Virus record (IMG/VR): IMGVR_UViG_3300047383_000862
Length of the DNA: 55,105 bases
DNA from: an uncultured virus (IMG/VR IMGVR_UViG_3300047383_000862)
Taxonomy: Duplodnaviria > Heunggongvirae > Uroviricota > Caudoviricetes
Reading direction: 5' to 3' (one strand)
Shown: positions 1 through 9,455 of the stretch, piece by piece
Numbering within the stretch: position 1 is the first letter of the stretch
Layout: every line of letters begins with the position of its first letter
Notes under the pieces: generated by a model
Databases searched by the model: none
Told to the model about the DNA's origin: nothing
The model's input: only the letters and a program-made list of their open reading frames with translations
Position numbers and translations under genes: made by a program

Positions 1-1
1 C

Positions 2-3000
2 ATCCCTCATGATTATGACCCAGGCCAAGATGGCGGACCTGGATTAGGGTTGAATAGATTTCAACAATTCACAGATAATTCTTTGAGAAGTGCTTTCGAG
101 CAAGGTATGCAGACGTTTTTTTTACCGATGAGAGATGCAAATAATTCTTACAATTGCTGGAAAATGCCTCCTTCAATCGCTGGTAAAACTAGATTTATAA
201 AAGTAACTAGAACGGGTAGAGAGTTGATATCTCCAATTATGCAATCGCAAATATCATTCAAGTCTTGCACTGAAATTATCGACGAAAAACTAGCCTATCC
301 ATATAGCGCTGTCATCCAGCAATCCTTTAACTCTAGATATTTTACATCTAAACCTGAAAGAAGTTATCATTTAAGATTAAAAAAGATTTTAATCCCCGCT
401 AATTATACTCCTGATAATAGAAACGTTCCAGGATCAAACGTTTATTCTGGTAATTGGGATGGGACATTCAAGTACGAATGGTCTGATAATCCAGCTTGGG
501 TATTATACGATTTAATGACTAATAACAGGTATGGAATTGGAGCTTATTTAGACATTAATAAAATAGATAAATGGACTCTTTACAAAATAGGAAGATATTG
601 TGATGCGGTAGATGATAGTGGGAATTTTGTAGGCGTAGATAATACTTATAATGGAAAAGAGCCTCGTTATACATTTAACGCAATAATTAGTAGAGAAGAA
701 GAAGCTTATAATTTACTTAAAACAATATCAGAAACTTTTCATGGAATGGCTTATTGGGATGGTAGGGGAGTTTCAATTTCTTTAGATGGTGGAGGAAATG
801 CTGTTTCATTTACGAGTTTTCAAAGTGGAACAAGTTATAGCGTCGGTCATGTTGTCGAATTTCCACACTCAACATTTAATTTTTATGAGAAAACAGCTTC
901 TGGGGGAAATAACATTAAGCCAGGTTATGATAATAATTGGCAGTCTTATTGGAAAAAAGTGCCTGGTTTGCAAATAGATGAGCCAGCTATAAATTTTACT
1001 AACACTAATGTAGAAGGAGGCACTTTTGCGTATTATACATCATCTAAAAGCACTAGATATACTGTCGCTAGAGTTGGTTATATGGATAAAAAAGATAATT
1101 TCCGCAAAAAATATGAATACGTAGAAGATAAACAAGGAGTCAAAGAATTAGGAATAATTAAAAAGAATTTAGAGCCATTGGGTTGTACCTCTAGAGGTCA
1201 AGCTAGGAGAATGGGTAGATGGTTTTTCTTAACTTCAGCGATGAACACGGAAACTATAACCTTCACGACAGATTATAGAGCAGTCTTTCTTAAGCCTGGT
1301 AACATCATTAGTGTTAGCGATAGTTTGAAAAACACTAATCAATCTATAGGGAAAATTATAGAAATAAAAAATCAAGATACTCTAGTTTTAACGCATCCAA
1401 TATCATTAAAAACTCAAGAAGCTGGAAATTTATCTAACAGAGAATATTTTAATATAATTATAGGTAATATAGATCCAAGCTTTGATGTAAATTTTTTAGA
1501 TCAAAAAGGAGCGGTTTCAGCTCAAGATATTGAAGACTTGAATAAAGCGCAAAGAATAGAAGGTACAGTTTATCCTGCTGACGGGTCTTCCGAAATTACA
1601 AACGAAATTAAAGTAAAAAACTCCAGTGGGTCTTTCATTAATTTTACAACAGATATTCAAGATAAATACAATAACGATAGTTTAGAAGTTGTTTTAAAGG
1701 GGGCTGATTGGGCTTTGGTTGCTCCAAGCGATGGAAAAGCATATGTAGATGCTTGGAAAGAAAGAAAGTATAGAGTGCAGTCTATAGAAGAATCTTCTCA
1801 AGGCAAGTACGTAATTTCTGCAGTTCATTTTGATGAAGAAAAGCTTTCTTCAATGGATCAAACATTTCCTGTGATAACTCCAGAGTTTGATATAGAAATC
1901 GGAAACGCCTCTGAAGCTGTTAATGTAGGATCACCTGTTATAGAAAAATTTACTTATAAAAAAACTGATCCATTGAGTTTTGATTGTAAATTTTATACAA
2001 ATGTTGATGAAAAAAATTTAACGAATGTCACAAGCACTCTTCAATTGATATCTCCATTGGGAGTTGTAACTGATTATAGTTATTTAGTTGGAGCGGGGGC
2101 TGGAGCAAAAAAAATTACTATACCTACTTCTGTCGCTAAATCGAGCTCTGCCGCCTCAGGGGTGTGGACAGTTATTGTCTCAACAAATGCTCAAGTTAAA
2201 TCAAGCGGACAAAATAAAAGCTCGGCAAGTAGCTCTCTGGCGACTTTAATAGAAGACCAGCAATTTTCTCCTAGCGCAAACCCTCAAGTTTCGAATTTTG
2301 GGCTTTATTTTGATGGGCAATATACAACTAGTGAAGCATTCGTCACTCAGGCCAACCAAACTTTTGGTTTGCAATGGTCATATACCGATATTAATTTAAA
2401 TTCTACTGTTTATACAAATTATGTAGAATTAATTAGCCAAAGTACATTTTTTCAAGGATTTAAAGTTGGCCTGACATATTTATCTGGCACTACGCCTCAA
2501 AGCAGCCAAATTAAATGGATACATGATAATAATAATTTATTGCGAAATTTATCTTTTAATTTTAAATATGACGAAAGATACAAATTAGTAACAGATTCTA
2601 GTAATAACTTTTTGTTTGCATTCCCAGCTCTCGAAGATAAAAGAGATATAGCAGTTGTTGTACAGGCAGTAGCTAAAGCTGGGGGTATACTGAGAAGATC
2701 AACTTATCAGTATTTTAAAATTTATAATCAACAATCTGCGTATACAAGTGAGTTAACCTCAACAGTGGGTAAATTTATATTAGATGACACTTTATTTTTT
2801 GATTTAGATAGAGATAAAAGTATTCATATTTTTACTACTAATGATGAGGGCGAGCAAGTGGAGCAGGAAATTACTAATCATCAGGATATTCCTGATGGCG
2901 CTAGATGGAATTATGTACAAGAATTGACAGATGCAGGTTATACCGATTTAATTGATATATATAGTCCAGATCAAACTACAGAACTATATGCTAGAATTAA

Positions 3001-4459
3001 AGATAGAACAATTAATGCATTTAGGCCTAACCGACTGACATCCAGAAGCTTTTCCTGGGGCTTTGGCAGAAAAATGAATATTTTTAACTTATTTAAAAAT
3101 AGGTCTTCAAATTATTTTGCTCCTATTTCATTCGATAATATAGCTTTAATAGCTGAAGAGTATGAGGAAAATGGCTCGCAATACTTTCCTCCCGCAGCTA
3201 CAGACGCAGTGAATACTCACTTCAATAATTATATAGCTATAGCAGCTCAAAAAGTTGATGGTGTTGGCGATTCAGAGATGGCAGCTCAATTAGGTACATG
3301 GAATCCAACCTCTCTTGTCATGAATGACAGTAACAAAGGAGTTTTTCAGGCCAATCTTCCCGAAGAAGCAGGCGCAAACACCTTAGTCGGCATTAACTCT
3401 ATTTCAATCGACGTAAGCGGTGACGCGGGTTCATATTTTACAAAAAATGTCGGCAAGAATATTTTGTTCGTAGGAGAATCTCCAGACTTTACTCCAACAG
3501 TTGATAATATATTAGCAGAAAATAATTCTTCTTCTTTTGAGATTAACTTTGATGATTCGGCAGAAGAGGGCATAAACAGTGACGCTTCATACTATTTCAA
3601 AATTAGAGTATATGATGCCCATGATTGGAAAAATAGTCTATTTGAAGAATTAGATAAATTAAATGAAGTTCCATATCAGGAAATTAATTTCGGCAATACA
3701 GGATACATGATCATTAGTGAGGATGACTTGCAAGTTGGAGACGAAGACGAAGAGGAAGCAGAGCAAATAGCTCAGTTAGGACAAAACTTTTTACCAATGG
3801 TTGGAGATCAAAGGCTTGTTGGGATGAAGCAATTTAGAGAAGGGATGATTATAGGAGGAACGAATACATGGGAAATTGATGATGGAGCATCAAGTCATCC
3901 AAATTCTTTTGTTAAATATCCGCTTGCTACTCATACTAACTATCAAGGTAGCCCCGTCGGCATTGGACAATATAATCTTGAAAGCTTAGTTAGTAAAACT
4001 TATTCTGATTTAAATGGAGAAGGTGACAGCTCTAATTCTCTTAGTTCTACTAAAGGCAGTCTAGATTCAGACATGCTAGATTTTTATGTGAATATTAAAG
4101 GAATGAACTTAAGATGTGTTGAAGGCGATGGAGGTAACTACGATGGTATAGGAGGAATGATATCTGGCTCTGTAATTAAAACAGCAGGTTTCGAGGCAGG
4201 CCAAATAGTAACTTTTGCAAATGAACCAATGATAGGGGACTCTCCAATGTCTAGTTATTTTTCTGAAGGAGAAGGTGTATCTGGAAAAATAGAAGATGCC
4301 TTAAACTCCACAACTATTTTTGATAATAAAATACAAGATACAGATTTTACTAAGGACTTAGTTATATCTGGAGATTCAAGATTAAAAGTTGAAGACGGTA
4401 ATCTTCATATAGAAGTTAATGGTATATGGTATAAAATTATACCTGATGGCACATCTTAA
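2..4459 (+). CDS. Tail tip / host-specificity protein (lambda gpJ/TipJ-like), 5'-truncated
   Basis: Frame is open from base 2 (IPHDYDPG...). gpJ motifs: YPYSA, YSGNWDGTFK..WSDNPAWVLYDLMTNNRYGIG, IDKWTLY.IGRYCD, EPRYTFN, GCTSRGQARRMGRW; long variable C-terminus. Confidence 0.9.
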   Translation: MPHDYDPGQDGGPGLGLNRFQQFTDNSLRSAFEQGMQTFFLPMRDANNSYNCWKMPPSIAGKTRFIKVTRTGRELISPIMQSQISFKSCTEIIDEKLAYPYSAVIQQSFNSRYFTSKPERSYHLRLKKILIPANYTPDNRNVPGSNVYSGNWDGTFKYEWSDNPAWVLYDLMTNNRYGIGAYLDINKIDKWTLYKIGRYCDAVDDSGNFVGVDNTYNGKEPRYTFNAIISREEEAYNLLKTISETFHGMAYWDGRGVSISLDGGGNAVSFTSFQSGTSYSVGHVVEFPHSTFNFYEKTASGGNNIKPGYDNNWQSYWKKVPGLQIDEPAINFTNTNVEGGTFAYYTSSKSTRYTVARVGYMDKKDNFRKKYEYVEDKQGVKELGIIKKNLEPLGCTSRGQARRMGRWFFLTSAMNTETITFTTDYRAVFLKPGNIISVSDSLKNTNQSIGKIIEIKNQDTLVLTHPISLKTQEAGNLSNREYFNIIIGNIDPSFDVNFLDQKGAVSAQDIEDLNKAQRIEGTVYPADGSSEITNEIKVKNSSGSFINFTTDIQDKYNNDSLEVVLKGADWALVAPSDGKAYVDAWKERKYRVQSIEESSQGKYVISAVHFDEEKLSSMDQTFPVITPEFDIEIGNASEAVNVGSPVIEKFTYKKTDPLSFDCKFYTNVDEKNLTNVTSTLQLISPLGVVTDYSYLVGAGAGAKKITIPTSVAKSSSAASGVWTVIVSTNAQVKSSGQNKSSASSSLATLIEDQQFSPSANPQVSNFGLYFDGQYTTSEAFVTQANQTFGLQWSYTDINLNSTVYTNYVELISQSTFFQGFKVGLTYLSGTTPQSSQIKWIHDNNNLLRNLSFNFKYDERYKLVTDSSNNFLFAFPALEDKRDIAVVVQAVAKAGGILRRSTYQYFKIYNQQSAYTSELTSTVGKFILDDTLFFDLDRDKSIHIFTTNDEGEQVEQEITNHQDIPDGARWNYVQELTDAGYTDLIDIYSPDQTTELYARIKDRTINAFRPNRLTSRSFSWGFGRKMNIFNLFKNRSSNYFAPISFDNIALIAEEYEENGSQYFPPAATDAVNTHFNNYIAIAAQKVDGVGDSEMAAQLGTWNPTSLVMNDSNKGVFQANLPEEAGANTLVGINSISIDVSGDAGSYFTKNVGKNILFVGESPDFTPTVDNILAENNSSSFEINFDDSAEEGINSDASYYFKIRVYDAHDWKNSLFEELDKLNEVPYQEINFGNTGYMIISEDDLQVGDEDEEEAEQIAQLGQNFLPMVGDQRLVGMKQFREGMIIGGTNTWEIDDGASSHPNSFVKYPLATHTNYQGSPVGIGQYNLESLVSKTYSDLNGEGDSSNSLSSTKGSLDSDMLDFYVNIKGMNLRCVEGDGGNYDGIGGMISGSVIKTAGFEAGQIVTFANEPMIGDSPMSSYFSEGEGVSGKIEDALNSTTIFDNKIQDTDFTKDLVISGDSRLKVEDGNLHIEVNGIWYKIIPDGTS

Positions 4460-4620
4460 CCTTTAAATGTAGATTCTATATCTTCTAATAATTTAATTTT
4501 TTCTGTTTTAGAAAGACTATTGTATTTCTTCTTTAGCTTTTTGAAAACTCTTTTATGTTCTTCTGAAGAGCCGTCGTAAGAAATTAATTTTTTAATTAAT
4601 AAAGCTTTTTGCTTATTCAC
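4456..4620 (-). CDS. Small basic hypothetical protein (54 aa, not in ORF track)
   Basis: GTG start overlapping the end of the upstream gene; MNKQKALLIKKLISYDG...STFKG*; fills the gap exactly. Confidence 0.65.
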   Translation of the reverse strand: MNKQKALLIKKLISYDGSSEEHKRVFKKLKKKYNSLSKTEKIKLLEDIESTFKG

Positions 4621-4834
4621 TCTTTTCTTCTTCTTTAGGAATTAAATTATTCAATGTAGAAATAAGAGAGTCATACTTATCGATTTCTTCGATAATTGCT
4701 TTAATTGTTTCACTCAAATCTCCATGCTCGCCGACACCTACAGGCGAATTAAGCATTACATTTAAGTCTGCAATTTTTTGATCCCTTAAACCAACGTATT
4801 GAGAGTAAATTCCTCTAAGGTAAACTTCTTTCAT
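4613..4834 (-). CDS. Small phage hypothetical protein (PVGVGEH motif)
   Basis: 73 aa helical protein; GGAGGA upstream; TAATG coupling to the previous ORF. Confidence 0.75.
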   Translation of the reverse strand: MKEVYLRGIYSQYVGLRDQKIADLNVMLNSPVGVGEHGDLSETIKAIIEEIDKYDSLISTLNNLIPKEEEKSE

Positions 4835-4932
4835 TATAACTTTCCTCCTTCTGAGTATTTAATACATAAACAAATGCAGTAAATTGCTGCACCAATTAAA
4901 ATCAAGTAACCTTCAAATTCTGAATTGTCCAT
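4834..4932 (-). CDS. 32-aa single-TM peptide (not in ORF track)
   Basis: MDNSEFEGYLILIGAAIYCICLCIKYSEGGKL*; ATG 7 nt after a perfect TATAAT; stop overlaps the next start. Confidence 0.65.
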   Translation of the reverse strand: MDNSEFEGYLILIGAAIYCICLCIKYSEGGKL

Positions 4933-4939
4933 GTATATA

Positions 4940-4968
4940 ATTATAGTAAAAATTATGTAGAATGTCAA
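4940..4968 (-). promoter_or_regulatory. Sigma70-type promoter
   Basis: TTGACA-17-TATAAT, perfect consensus. Confidence 0.85.
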
Positions 4969-4987
4969 GTAGTATTTTTAAAAAAAT

Positions 4988-4993
4988 GTGTAA
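4988..4993 (+). promoter_or_regulatory. GTGTAA putative late-promoter element
   Basis: Recurrent hexamer upstream of gene starts; here 37 nt before the ATG at 5031. Confidence 0.5.
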
Positions 4994-5030
4994 TAATACT
5001 TATATTAACTACTTTAAATTTTAAAATATT

Positions 5031-5465
5031 ATGCCAAGCGAAATATCAGCAGGAACAAGTTCAATAACAATTACTGTATCAAGCGCTACAATACCTAGCG
5101 ACACCGCACTAAGTAATATAAGCATAACTCCTTATATAAATTCACACTCAGTTGGAGCAATGAGCGTTTCAGATTATGCAACGTTCGACTCAAGCGTATT
5201 ATCGTCTACCAAACCTAGCGTCGGACATTGGTCAGGCAATGCAGGAGCGAGCAGTTATGTTGATTCAATATCTCTAGAAGCTACCGCAATTTCTGATGCT
5301 GGCGGAGGGCAGACAAGTATAACAGTAGCTATTGCTAATGACTTGGTTGCCGCTCCTTATTTCAGCAATAATCATAAAATTCAATTCGGAACTCCAAGCG
5401 TAAGTGCTGGTGGAGGTGGCGACCCTCATATGAAGCCTATTTTTGGAAAAGATTATACTATCTAA
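5031..5465 (+). CDS. Ser/Thr/Ala-rich beta protein ending in a GDPH autocleavage-type motif
   Basis: C-terminus GGGGDPHMKPIFGKDYTI* resembles the first beta-hairpin of VWD-like domains; virion-like composition. Confidence 0.7.
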   Translation: MPSEISAGTSSITITVSSATIPSDTALSNISITPYINSHSVGAMSVSDYATFDSSVLSSTKPSVGHWSGNAGASSYVDSISLEATAISDAGGGQTSITVAIANDLVAAPYFSNNHKIQFGTPSVSAGGGGDPHMKPIFGKDYTI

Positions 5466-5997
5466 ATTCATGCCTTAATAGGCGCCAGCGATCTGAGTCT
5501 ATAGTTTTTGACCCTTCATTGATAGCAAAAAGCATATCCACTATTTCTTCTACTGAATTGTAAATGTATTTATGAGGAAGCATTCCTAGCATCCAGAGTG
5601 GAGTTTGAGACTTGCCGCCTTCCATACTGATAAAGATAGGTTTTTTCATTCTTACCGCAGTAACAATTTCTTCGGCACTGCCCCAAGACGCAACCGTTGG
5701 AACTAAATGAGCAATAATAAAATCACTTCTATCGACCAAGTTTAAGTCATACGCTCGCACAGTCTTCATTCGTTGAGCAACTCTGTCATATTGCTTGGTT
5801 TTCATCCATGTTTCCATTTCGATTCTAGAAGCTTCATCTTCTTCAACATCTTTCATGAACGGCTTTTCGTATGGATCAAAACAAGTGACATCAATTTCAC
5901 TGAGTTTTTGAGTAATTTCAGATCTCCAATTGCGCCCACTAATATATTGCATGTGTCCAACCAAATAAGTTTTAGTTTTTTCTAGAATATTTTTCAT
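5458..5997 (-). CDS. Nucleoside 2-deoxyribosyltransferase-like / nucleotide N-hydrolase
   Basis: TYLVG.M, WR, FDP, DL.LVDRSDFIIA, SWGSAEEI...KPI. Start moved to ATG 5997 because the promoter lies in the upstream part of the listed ORF. Confidence 0.7.
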   Translation of the reverse strand: MKNILEKTKTYLVGHMQYISGRNWRSEITQKLSEIDVTCFDPYEKPFMKDVEEDEASRIEMETWMKTKQYDRVAQRMKTVRAYDLNLVDRSDFIIAHLVPTVASWGSAEEIVTAVRMKKPIFISMEGGKSQTPLWMLGMLPHKYIYNSVEEIVDMLFAINEGSKTIDSDRWRLLRHEFR

Positions 5998-6003
5998 ATT
6001 ATA

Positions 6004-6032
6004 AATATAATATATATACATACAATTGTCAA
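6004..6032 (-). promoter_or_regulatory. Sigma70-type promoter
   Basis: TTGACA-17-TATATT, 6 nt before ATG 5997. Confidence 0.75.
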
Positions 6033-6259
6033 GTAAAATGATTAATAGCAACCCAGAGGAAATGAATTTAATAACGATATTTATGGATGTGAGTAAAAGT
6101 CCAGAGCAGACTTGTAAAGAAATTAATTTTGAAGGTTGCGAACAAATGAAAAGAGATTATCTTTCTGAGGTTAATACTCCTGGAGGGTGCTCATCATGCA
6201 GAAAGGCTAGTGTGAGGAGGAAGTATACTTCTTTTATAAAACCTCGAATACAAAAATGA
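6026..6259 (+). CDS. Small Cys-containing hypothetical protein (CSSC); start uncertain
   Basis: ORF coupled by an ATGA-type overlap region to the next gene; GGCSSC motif. Confidence 0.6.
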   Translation: MSSKMINSNPEEMNLITIFMDVSKSPEQTCKEINFEGCEQMKRDYLSEVNTPGGCSSCRKASVRRKYTSFIKPRIQK

Positions 6260-6585
6260 TTAATTATTTATTAATTTATATAGCTTGTGTTTTGTTTGTT
6301 TCTAATGTTATTGCTGTATTAGAATATACTAATTTAAAGCTGTATATACTATCATTGTTTGTGAAAGAAGAAGTATATACATTAGATGATTTACATGATT
6401 ATATAATTGATAATTGGGGTAAGCTGGGAGAACTATTGAGCTGCCCCTTATGTTATGGCACTTGGTTGTCTTTGTTTGCTTCTTTGTTTTGTTGTTGGTT
6501 TTTTAATTTAAATATAATTTTTGCTGGCTTTAGTATGTTTTCTGTGCCTAGTCTAGCATGTTTAATAAATAAAAAAATAAAATAA
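6256..6585 (+). CDS. Membrane protein, DUF1360-like
   Basis: LGELLSCPLCYGTW motif plus about 3 hydrophobic segments. Confidence 0.6.
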   Translation: MINYLLIYIACVLFVSNVIAVLEYTNLKLYILSLFVKEEVYTLDDLHDYIIDNWGKLGELLSCPLCYGTWLSLFASLFCCWFFNLNIIFAGFSMFSVPSLACLINKKIK

Positions 6586-7023
6586 CTAAATTAAAATTTG
6601 CTTATAATTTTCTAGGTAGCGTAATTGATCTTTAGATATAACTCCGCCTAAGTATTCTTTAACTTTTGGGTTATTTTTAAAAAAGTTTTCTTTGAATTGC
6701 AAGTTGAGGCCTCTGTCGGGAAAATCAACTTTGAGTATTAAATCATCAAGATTAATTTTTGCAGTTTTAATGGGTCCGCTATTGCCTTTTTTAAAAGTTT
6801 TATTGACTAAATATGATTCATCTTTATTGAGGCATCCTACCCACCCTCTATTATAGTTCACTTCCCATTCTATACTTTTATATTGTATCCAAATTTTAAT
6901 AAAATATTGACCTGGTTGTTGTATATTGTTTTCGACATGTGCAGGAAGGTCGTCAATTTTTGCGTTTATAATGTAATCACCTCCTTGCATATAGGCGATA
7001 TAATGAGGATTAACGTCGGTCAT
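6586..7023 (-). CDS. Hypothetical protein resembling a VWD-like domain lacking its GDPH hairpin
   Basis: Beta-rich pattern Y..YMQ...YIINAKI...G.YF.KIWI.Y...YLGGVI; directly downstream of the tmRNA. Confidence 0.5.
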   Translation of the reverse strand: MTDVNPHYIAYMQGGDYIINAKIDDLPAHVENNIQQPGQYFIKIWIQYKSIEWEVNYNRGWVGCLNKDESYLVNKTFKKGNSGPIKTAKINLDDLILKVDFPDRGLNLQFKENFFKNNPKVKEYLGGVISKDQLRYLENYKQILI

Positions 7024-7068
7024 AGATAAAAATATTTACAGAGTTGGGTGTGGGTTATAAAATAAATT

Positions 7069-7432
7069 TGGTGGACGTGGCGGGAGTCGAACCCGCGTCT
7101 TTAAATTTTCTGTAGATATACGCCTACAAGTTTAGTTAATTTTTTTTACAGTTATGATATTAACATCCAACTTCTTGTTTCAATTATTTACAGTTTGTGA
7201 AGCAAGAAAACTTTTTCTGTTTTGCAGATTGATGACCCCGTAGTCCTTTTATCTGCGTCAAAGGTTACGAGGTAGCAGAACTAAGCTGCTAGGGCAAGCT
7301 TTTTAGCTTTAAGGCCGAAAGCTTTAACACGGTTTTTGTTGCCATGTAATTGTTTGCACCTTTTTGAGGAGCCAGATGCAACTCCTACTTGCAGTATACT
7401 AATCCAATTTAAATCGAATCCAGTACACGCCC
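7069..7432 (-). ncRNA. ssrA: tmRNA (one-piece, 364 nt)
   Basis: 5' GGGCGUG pairs with 3' CACGUCC-ACCA, including the G3.U70 Ala determinant; GGAUUCGA after the 5' stem; T-arm GCGGG-UUCGACU-CCCGC; encoded CCA; tag ORF 7281-7343 GNKNRVKAFGLKAKKLALAA*. Confidence 0.96.
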
Positions 7433-7458
7433 ATAAATTTATCAAAGAACTCTATAAA

Positions 7459-7464
7459 TTACAC
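7459..7464 (-). promoter_or_regulatory. GTGTAA element upstream of tmRNA
   Basis: 26 nt before the mature 5' end. Confidence 0.55.
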
Positions 7465-7468
7465 TTGA

Positions 7469-8257
7469 TTAAGAAGAATGAAGTGCTTTAAGTAAAGCTC
7501 TTGCTTCTTTAGGAGGAATATCTGAAAAGTCTGACCAATTTTTAGTATCAGCATTTTTGTATAAATCGTTTTGCCATAGCTCTCGGAGTTTGTTTTTGAA
7601 CTCGCTATAGTTATTGATTCCGAACTTATCTTTAGCTAGGCTTGCGAGTATTCCAGAAGGAGAGATATCTGAATTTGATTGCACTTCAGTCTCTCTCTGG
7701 GTGAGATTTTGTTGAGTATTGTTAGATTTGTCAATTTCATCATCTCCAACGATGTGAACATTTAAAAAGTTTCTTACGCAGCGAACAAAAGCTCTATTGC
7801 AAGCAATAGTTTCTAAAAATTTAGTTGCAAAGCTGCTTGTATTATTTAGTGTTGCGTTAGCCATATCTTCAAAAACAATTGGCTCGCTATTAGTTTCATA
7901 ATTTGCTAAAAAAGTTATTGAACAAGACACTGCTACGTGGTCTTCTTCACATTTTACTGTCTTATAGTTTACAGAAGAAAAACCTCTAAGTTTTGCCAAC
8001 TCTTTAATTCCGCTTAATTTTATAAGGAGCTGGTGGTCAGCTAATCCCTCTATCGTCTTGGGGTAATCTTTGCCTCTAGTTTGAAACCAAGATCTGTTAG
8101 GAAAAAGGTGCTCATCTTTAATCATAGCTCTCCAGTTTATAGAGCCGTCTTCATTAAACTCATACTGATGGTTTTGTAGTAATCCGTTTTCATCTCTGGC
8201 ATAAAGTGTTGGGCCAGAGCTATTATCTATTTTTGTTTGCTTAGTTGTTTTTTTCAT
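7469..8257 (-). CDS. Putative single-strand annealing protein (Rad52/Sak-like fold)
   Basis: IKLSGIKELA..RG, beta strands, then ETIACNRAFVRCVRNFL helix; low-complexity linker and small C-domain; own promoter TTGACT-17-TATTAT (8267-8295). Confidence 0.45.
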   Translation of the reverse strand: MKKTTKQTKIDNSSGPTLYARDENGLLQNHQYEFNEDGSINWRAMIKDEHLFPNRSWFQTRGKDYPKTIEGLADHQLLIKLSGIKELAKLRGFSSVNYKTVKCEEDHVAVSCSITFLANYETNSEPIVFEDMANATLNNTSSFATKFLETIACNRAFVRCVRNFLNVHIVGDDEIDKSNNTQQNLTQRETEVQSNSDISPSGILASLAKDKFGINNYSEFKNKLRELWQNDLYKNADTKNWSDFSDIPPKEARALLKALHSS

Positions 8258-8291
8258 TGTTTATATATAATAACATATATTATAAACTAAG

Positions 8292-9455
8292 TCAATTACT
8301 TTTTGAAATAATTCTATAATGATCTGACTCTGACCAGAATAGTTCACTATCTATAATCTGATTTACTCCTGAAGAGCTTTCAAGATCGTTTACAGCATGC
8401 TCAATAGAGGGATATTTTTTTCCATTAGAGAATATTAATTTGCCTGAATAGAAGAACAGATCTTTATTGTTTAAAATATTATCGTCAGGCCTGTTTTGAG
8501 ATAAGATTTCTACATTCCAATCAAAGTAGTGCAACCTAAGTTTTTCTATAGACTCGGTAGTTTTCCTGAATAAGCTAATGTTTATCCCAAGTTTTTTAAT
8601 AGTTTTAAAATACTGTTGATTTTCTGCGATGACTTCTTCGCTGCAATCATCTGATATTTCGAAATGAATAACCTGCAGAGAACTTTTAATGGCATTAATT
8701 AAATTTAAATTTATTTTTCTATCTGTAATTAAATTAACTTTTCTGCCTGAAGCCCAAGAAGGAATATGCTCATCTGATTTTTCGTAATCTGCTCTCATTG
8801 TAATAAATGAATTTTTTAGAAAATCAGGGTTGGGCGAAAAATTAGGTATTACTTCAAAAATTTTATTGTCATAAAGTTGACCTATGAATAGTGTGTTTTG
8901 ATCGCTTTCAAATGGAATTTTTAACCTTTTAAGTATAGCATTTGCTATTTTTTCAGGTTTAATTTTATCAATTGATTTTTCTAACTCTTTAGATGAATAA
9001 GAAAATTTTTCTGTTTCACACAAAATATCGAATTTATCTTTATGCCAAAAGGGCGCTGTACAGGATGGAGGAATCGGCCCGAATAAAAGCACTCCTGGTA
9101 CGCCAAAGTGAGACGCAATATTTGAATAAAAAATATCAGAACCAATGAATAACTCAGATCTATTAATTATATAAGCTCCTTGGTGTCTAGTTTGTATATG
9201 CCGAAAATCTTCACAACTGGGCAATAGTTGATCTTTTGGAGAGCCTATTTGGATGATTTTAATATTAGATTTATCAAGGTAGGGTTTAATTATATCGAAT
9301 ACATCAGACCAATAAGAGTAATTGAATGAACTAATAGCATGGTCATTATTGATGCAGATAAATTTATCATGAGCTACTGGAATAAAGTCTTCCTGTATAA
9401 ATGCTTCTGCGGATTTAATTCCGCAATTAAGAGAAAAGTGTTCAAGTATGTGCAT
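8292..9455 (-). CDS. GT9 (heptosyltransferase-like) C-terminal half plus unknown domain
   Basis: YSYW..V, IIQIG, AYIINRSELFIGSD....IASHFGVPGVLLFGP. Confidence 0.7.
   Translation of the reverse strand: MHILEHFSLNCGIKSAEAFIQEDFIPVAHDKFICINNDHAISSFNYSYWSDVFDIIKPYLDKSNIKIIQIGSPKDQLLPSCEDFRHIQTRHQGAYIINRSELFIGSDIFYSNIASHFGVPGVLLFGPIPPSCTAPFWHKDKFDILCETEKFSYSSKELEKSIDKIKPEKIANAILKRLKIPFESDQNTLFIGQLYDNKIFEVIPNFSPNPDFLKNSFITMRADYEKSDEHIPSWASGRKVNLITDRKINLNLINAIKSSLQVIHFEISDDCSEEVIAENQQYFKTIKKLGINISLFRKTTESIEKLRLHYFDWNVEILSQNRPDDNILNNKDLFFYSGKLIFSNGKKYPSIEHAVNDLESSSGVNQIIDSELFWSESDHYRIISKSN

Noticed and set aside
5459..7028. 6-bp inverted match (TATCTA 5459-5464 / TAGATA 7023-7028) at the ends of the two GDPH-related genes, suggesting an invertible segment that fuses them
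   Set aside because: Inversion at this match gives an out-of-frame fusion (DYTIYDRR*); 6 AT-rich bp is chance-level; no recombinase in the window.
7069..7101. tRNA gene
   Set aside because: The T-arm/acceptor end pairs with a 5' strand about 360 nt away and encloses a tag ORF, so it is tmRNA.
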